Part shown: positions 33,550-36,328 of the stretch, in pieces
Position numbering within the stretch: the first letter of the stretch is position 1
How the letters are laid out: every line of letters begins with the position of its first letter
DNA from: Verrucomicrobiota bacterium
Lineage (GTDB): Bacteria > Verrucomicrobiota > Lentisphaeria > Lentisphaerales > Lentisphaeraceae
Assembly (NCBI GenBank): GCA_039798785.1
Contig: JBDKFG010000052.1
Location: forward strand, 1-36,328
Length of the DNA stretch: 36,328 bases
Direction of reading: 5' to 3'
The notes under the pieces: generated by a model
The model's database searches: none
The model's input: the letters and a program-made list of their open reading frames with translations, nothing else
What the model was told of the DNA's origin: nothing
Translations under genes and position numbers: made by a program

Positions 33550-33634
33550 GGGAAGGATCCTGGAAATGGGGTGGAGTGGCGCCGGGATGGCGGGTCTTGT
33601 TGAGGCGGGCGGCGGGGGCGAGTGGAACGCTCAT
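33521..33634 (-). CDS. Putative 37-aa leader/remnant ORF overlapping the start of the BCS1-like gene
   Basis: AGAAGGAG RBS 7 nt before ATG 33634; MSVPLAPAARLNKTRHPGATPPHFQDPSHATHRTIRL-TAA; out of frame with the BCS1 ORF (85-nt offset). Confidence 0.4.
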   Translation of the reverse strand: MSVPLAPAARLNKTRHPGATPPHFQDPSHATHRTIRL

Positions 33635-33676
33635 GGCGTGTCTCCTTCTGGCTTGTGGTTTCTGGGCGATGGCATC

Positions 33677-33705
33677 ATTCTGTCATAACCGCCAGGCAAA
33701 GTCAA
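33677..33705 (-). promoter_or_regulatory. Candidate sigma70 promoter for the leader ORF / BCS1-like gene
   Basis: Minus strand TTGACT-N17-CAGAAT with an extended -10 TG. Confidence 0.6.
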
Positions 33706-33801
33706 GAGCCCTTCCGCCTTGCAGCCGAAAATGCTTCCGAAAAAATCTCGGCGCGACTGAAACATTCGCCACTGGGGCGTCATCTTTGTCCGGAGGCCAC
33801 G

Positions 33802-34374
33802 ATGAATCCCGATCCCTACCAGACCCGCCCCTCGCTCCTTCGCCGCGTCAAGGACCGCGACGAAAGCAGCTGGCTGCATTTCTATCAGCAGTACCGCCCC
33901 CTGATCCTCTGGATGATGAGCCGCCGCGGACTTTACGACCGGGCCTCCACCGATCAGGTCATCCAGGCGGTCATGCTCCACTTCGCCAAGCTCGACTGGG
34001 ACTACGACAGCGACCGCGGCCGCTTCCGCAACCTGGTCCTGAAGGTGACCGAGTTCAAAATCCGCGACCTGCATCGCGAAAGACAGCGCCAGGAGCGCTT
34101 CGTCCCTCTCAACGAAAACGTCAACCCGGCGGTCTTTGACGAGGACGAGGAGGTCTTCGGCGACCAGCGCGAAGCTCAGTTGGCCCGCGCCCTCGCCGCT
34201 CTCTGCGAAGATCCGAAGATCCCCGCCGTCCACCTGGAGATCCTGACGCAGTCGCTCCAAGGCCGGAGCAACGGCGAGATCACCGGCGCCCTGCACCTGA
34301 ATCCCGGCCAGTGCGCCGTGATCAAGCACCGGATGCTGCAGCGCCTCCGCCAGCAGATGGAAACACCGCCATGA
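33802..34374 (+). CDS. ECF-type RNA polymerase sigma factor (PVC kinase-associated type)
   Basis: QTRPSLLRRVKDRDESSWLHFYQQYRPLI (sigma2.1), YDSDRGRFRN, region-4 HTH GRSNGEITGALHLNPGQCAVIKHR; GGAGG RBS. Confidence 0.88.
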   Translation: MNPDPYQTRPSLLRRVKDRDESSWLHFYQQYRPLILWMMSRRGLYDRASTDQVIQAVMLHFAKLDWDYDSDRGRFRNLVLKVTEFKIRDLHRERQRQERFVPLNENVNPAVFDEDEEVFGDQREAQLARALAALCEDPKIPAVHLEILTQSLQGRSNGEITGALHLNPGQCAVIKHRMLQRLRQQMETPP

Positions 34375-36233
34375 ACTGCCTTGCGGAAGAACGCTTGATC
34401 GAGATCCTCGAGGAGCCGCCCCGGCCGGAAGAAGAAACTCACCTGTCCCGCTGCGCCGCCTGCTCCCGGAAGATGCATTCTCTCCGCCAGGGACTGGAAC
34501 TGCTGAGCGAATTCCGCCCTGCAGCGAGCCCTCCGGAGCCCATCCCCACCCTGCGCTTCGGCGACTATGGCAACTGCCGAGAAATCGCCTGCGGGGCGAT
34601 GTCCCGCGTCTACCTAAGCGAGTCGCCGGAAGGGGCTCCGGTCGCGGTCAAGGTCTGCCGCGACGCCGCGCTTCTCGACTCCTTCAGCAACGAGGTCAAG
34701 ATGCTGCAGCGCTGCCAGGCCGCCGGAGTGCCGCACATCCTGCCGCTTCTCGACTCCCGCCTCGACCATCTTCCCGCCTTCATCGTCACTCCGTATTTCC
34801 AAGGAGGGAGCCTGAGCCGCGCCCTGCACCGCCGCCCCGCCCCTGAGATCGCCCCCCTCCCCTTCGCTCTCGCACTGGCGCGCTGCCTCGCCTCACTCGC
34901 CGAACTTGGTATCGTCCACGGCGACCTGAAAGCCTCCAACATCCTCCTCGACGACGCCGGCCTGCCCTGTCTCGCCGATCTCGGGGGCGCCCGCCGCGTC
35001 GCCACCCCAGGCCAAAGCTCGACCTTGTCGACCCAGAGTCTCGGACACATGAGCCTGATCAGCATGTCGCCCGAGCAGGCCCGGGGGCAGGCCCTCAGCC
35101 CCGCCAGCGACGTCTTCTCCTTCGGCATCATCCTCTATCAGCTCGCCTGCGGCCGCCATCCATTCGAAGGGGGCACTTCCTGGGAGATGGCCGCCAAGAT
35201 CCTCTCCGAAGAGCCACCCGACCCCCGCCCCTGGCTCAAGCCAGAGCTCCGCGGCCGCTTCGCCGCCCTTCTCGAATCCTGTCTGAGCAAGGACCCGGCG
35301 GAGCGCCCCTCGGCCCGCCAGATCGTCCTCGACCTGCCTCAGATCCAGCGTCCCGGAACGACTCGCGGCGGCAGACCGGCGCCCCCCCGGAAATCACCCG
35401 CGGCGGCGCCCGCGCGGCCAGGCTTCCGGAGGCCTGCCGCTGCAGCCCTCCTCGTCCTCTCGCTGATCTCGCTGGCCTATCTTGGCCGCCCCGATGCGAC
35501 GAAGGCTCCGGCGCCCGCCGCCGCGGCGATGGCGTCGCCTCGTCCGGCCCTTGTCGCGGCTGCCTCCCCGGTTCGAAGCGAAACAGAGACGAGGGTGAAA
35601 GTCGCTGCTCCTTCCTCCTTGTCCAGGAGGGCCCGCCAAGCTGCACTCCCAAGTGTCGACAAAGGTGCCTTCGCACCGAGCCAGGAGGAGAGCGAAAGCT
35701 ACGAGAACGCCATCCTGTCAATGTACATGTACGAGCTCGCCTCCTGCCATTACCTCTACCAGAACACCGACCTCACCAAGGACGAACTGAAGATCTACGC
35801 GGCACTCATCAGCCGCAAGGGCAAGATCAAAAACGACAAGAATCTTTCAGATGCTGAAAAGGAGCTCAGCCTCAGCACTCTGGAGATGGACGTCCTCACG
35901 GTTCTCGGGGAAGCCAATTACCAGATCCTCAACAACTACCGAGACGACTACGAAGGCCACAAAGTCCTCACCCTGCTGGCTCACGAATTCGACGGGGCCG
36001 GCAGCGACAAGAAGGAGCGATTCGTCCGCGAATTCACCGAAGAGATCGAAAACCTCCGGCTCGACCGTTCCGACGAGCGCAAATATTTCAGCAAGGAGCT
36101 CTGGGACAATCTCATCGCCCGGAGCAGCTCCTATCTCAGCGAAGCCGAAATCCGGGCCCTGGAATCCCTCGAGAAGTTCATCCTCAAGGCCAACAAGAAG
36201 AACATGCCCGGCGTCCTCATGGGAGTCGATTGA
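34371..36233 (+). CDS. Membrane Ser/Thr protein kinase with N-terminal zinc-binding anti-sigma (HxxxCxxC) motif
   Basis: HLSRCAAC; IACGAMSRVY, VAVK, HGDLKASNILL, ADLG, MSPEQ, DVFSFG; TM AAAALLVLSLISLAYL; charged helical C-terminal region; ATGA overlap with the sigma stop. Confidence 0.9.
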   Translation: MNCLAEERLIEILEEPPRPEEETHLSRCAACSRKMHSLRQGLELLSEFRPAASPPEPIPTLRFGDYGNCREIACGAMSRVYLSESPEGAPVAVKVCRDAALLDSFSNEVKMLQRCQAAGVPHILPLLDSRLDHLPAFIVTPYFQGGSLSRALHRRPAPEIAPLPFALALARCLASLAELGIVHGDLKASNILLDDAGLPCLADLGGARRVATPGQSSTLSTQSLGHMSLISMSPEQARGQALSPASDVFSFGIILYQLACGRHPFEGGTSWEMAAKILSEEPPDPRPWLKPELRGRFAALLESCLSKDPAERPSARQIVLDLPQIQRPGTTRGGRPAPPRKSPAAAPARPGFRRPAAAALLVLSLISLAYLGRPDATKAPAPAAAAMASPRPALVAAASPVRSETETRVKVAAPSSLSRRARQAALPSVDKGAFAPSQEESESYENAILSMYMYELASCHYLYQNTDLTKDELKIYAALISRKGKIKNDKNLSDAEKELSLSTLEMDVLTVLGEANYQILNNYRDDYEGHKVLTLLAHEFDGAGSDKKERFVREFTEEIENLRLDRSDERKYFSKELWDNLIARSSSYLSEAEIRALESLEKFILKANKKNMPGVLMGVD

Positions 36234-36287
36234 TCCTAATCCGACTCCGCCGGAACCGAAGCCTGCGGCGCGGGACAAGGAGACGCA

Positions 36288-36328
36288 GGGCTGCCGCCCC
36301 GCACCCCGCTTGGGGTCGCGACCCCAAA
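36288..36328. repeat. REP-like palindromic element, truncated at the window edge
   Basis: GGGCTGCCGCCCCGCACCCCGC followed by a perfect 18-bp palindrome TTGGGGTCGCGACCCCAA (36310-36327). Confidence 0.55.

Noticed and set aside
33758..33781. ECF-type autoregulatory promoter TGAAAC...CGTC upstream of the sigma gene
   Set aside because: Spacer is 14 nt, shorter than the usual 16-17; not enough support to call

Overview
GC-rich bacterial chromosomal segment, most likely from the PVC superphylum (Lentisphaerota/Verrucomicrobiota/Planctomycetota). The taxonomy is inferred from a Minf_1886-family gene, a PVC-style ECF sigma/Ser-Thr kinase pair, a BatD-BatE fusion and secretin-N-like lipoprotein modules. 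About 30 densely packed CDS are present: a Yej-like peptide ABC transporter (binding protein runs off the left edge and is missing from the ORF track), a serine hydrolase, a NapF/NapG-type ferredoxin, a LegB-like dehydratase, two histidine kinases, a GH141-like beta-helix lipoprotein, clpS-clpA, RDD and DMT membrane proteins, a four-gene coupled operon, a Gfo/Idh/MocA oxidoreductase, folB-folK, a DbpA-like helicase, a nitroreductase, alkC, lexA, a HIT protein, a BCS1-like AAA ATPase and an ECF sigma/kinase pair. I saw no rRNA, tRNA, CRISPR array or transposase. The most notable observations are: a full-length mitochondrial-Bcs1-like ATPase behind a promoter and strong RBS that serve an overlapping 37-codon leader ORF; a HIT protein whose nucleophilic His is Ser, coupled to the unknown-function Minf_1886 gene upstream of lexA; a 147-bp MITE-like element with terminal inverted repeats and a target-site duplication; an EF-hand/LAB_N fusion; a lipoprotein with duplicated secretin N-modules but no barrel; and short tandem-repeat arrays at convergent gene junctions. 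All family assignments come from recognising motifs by eye, not from database searches.
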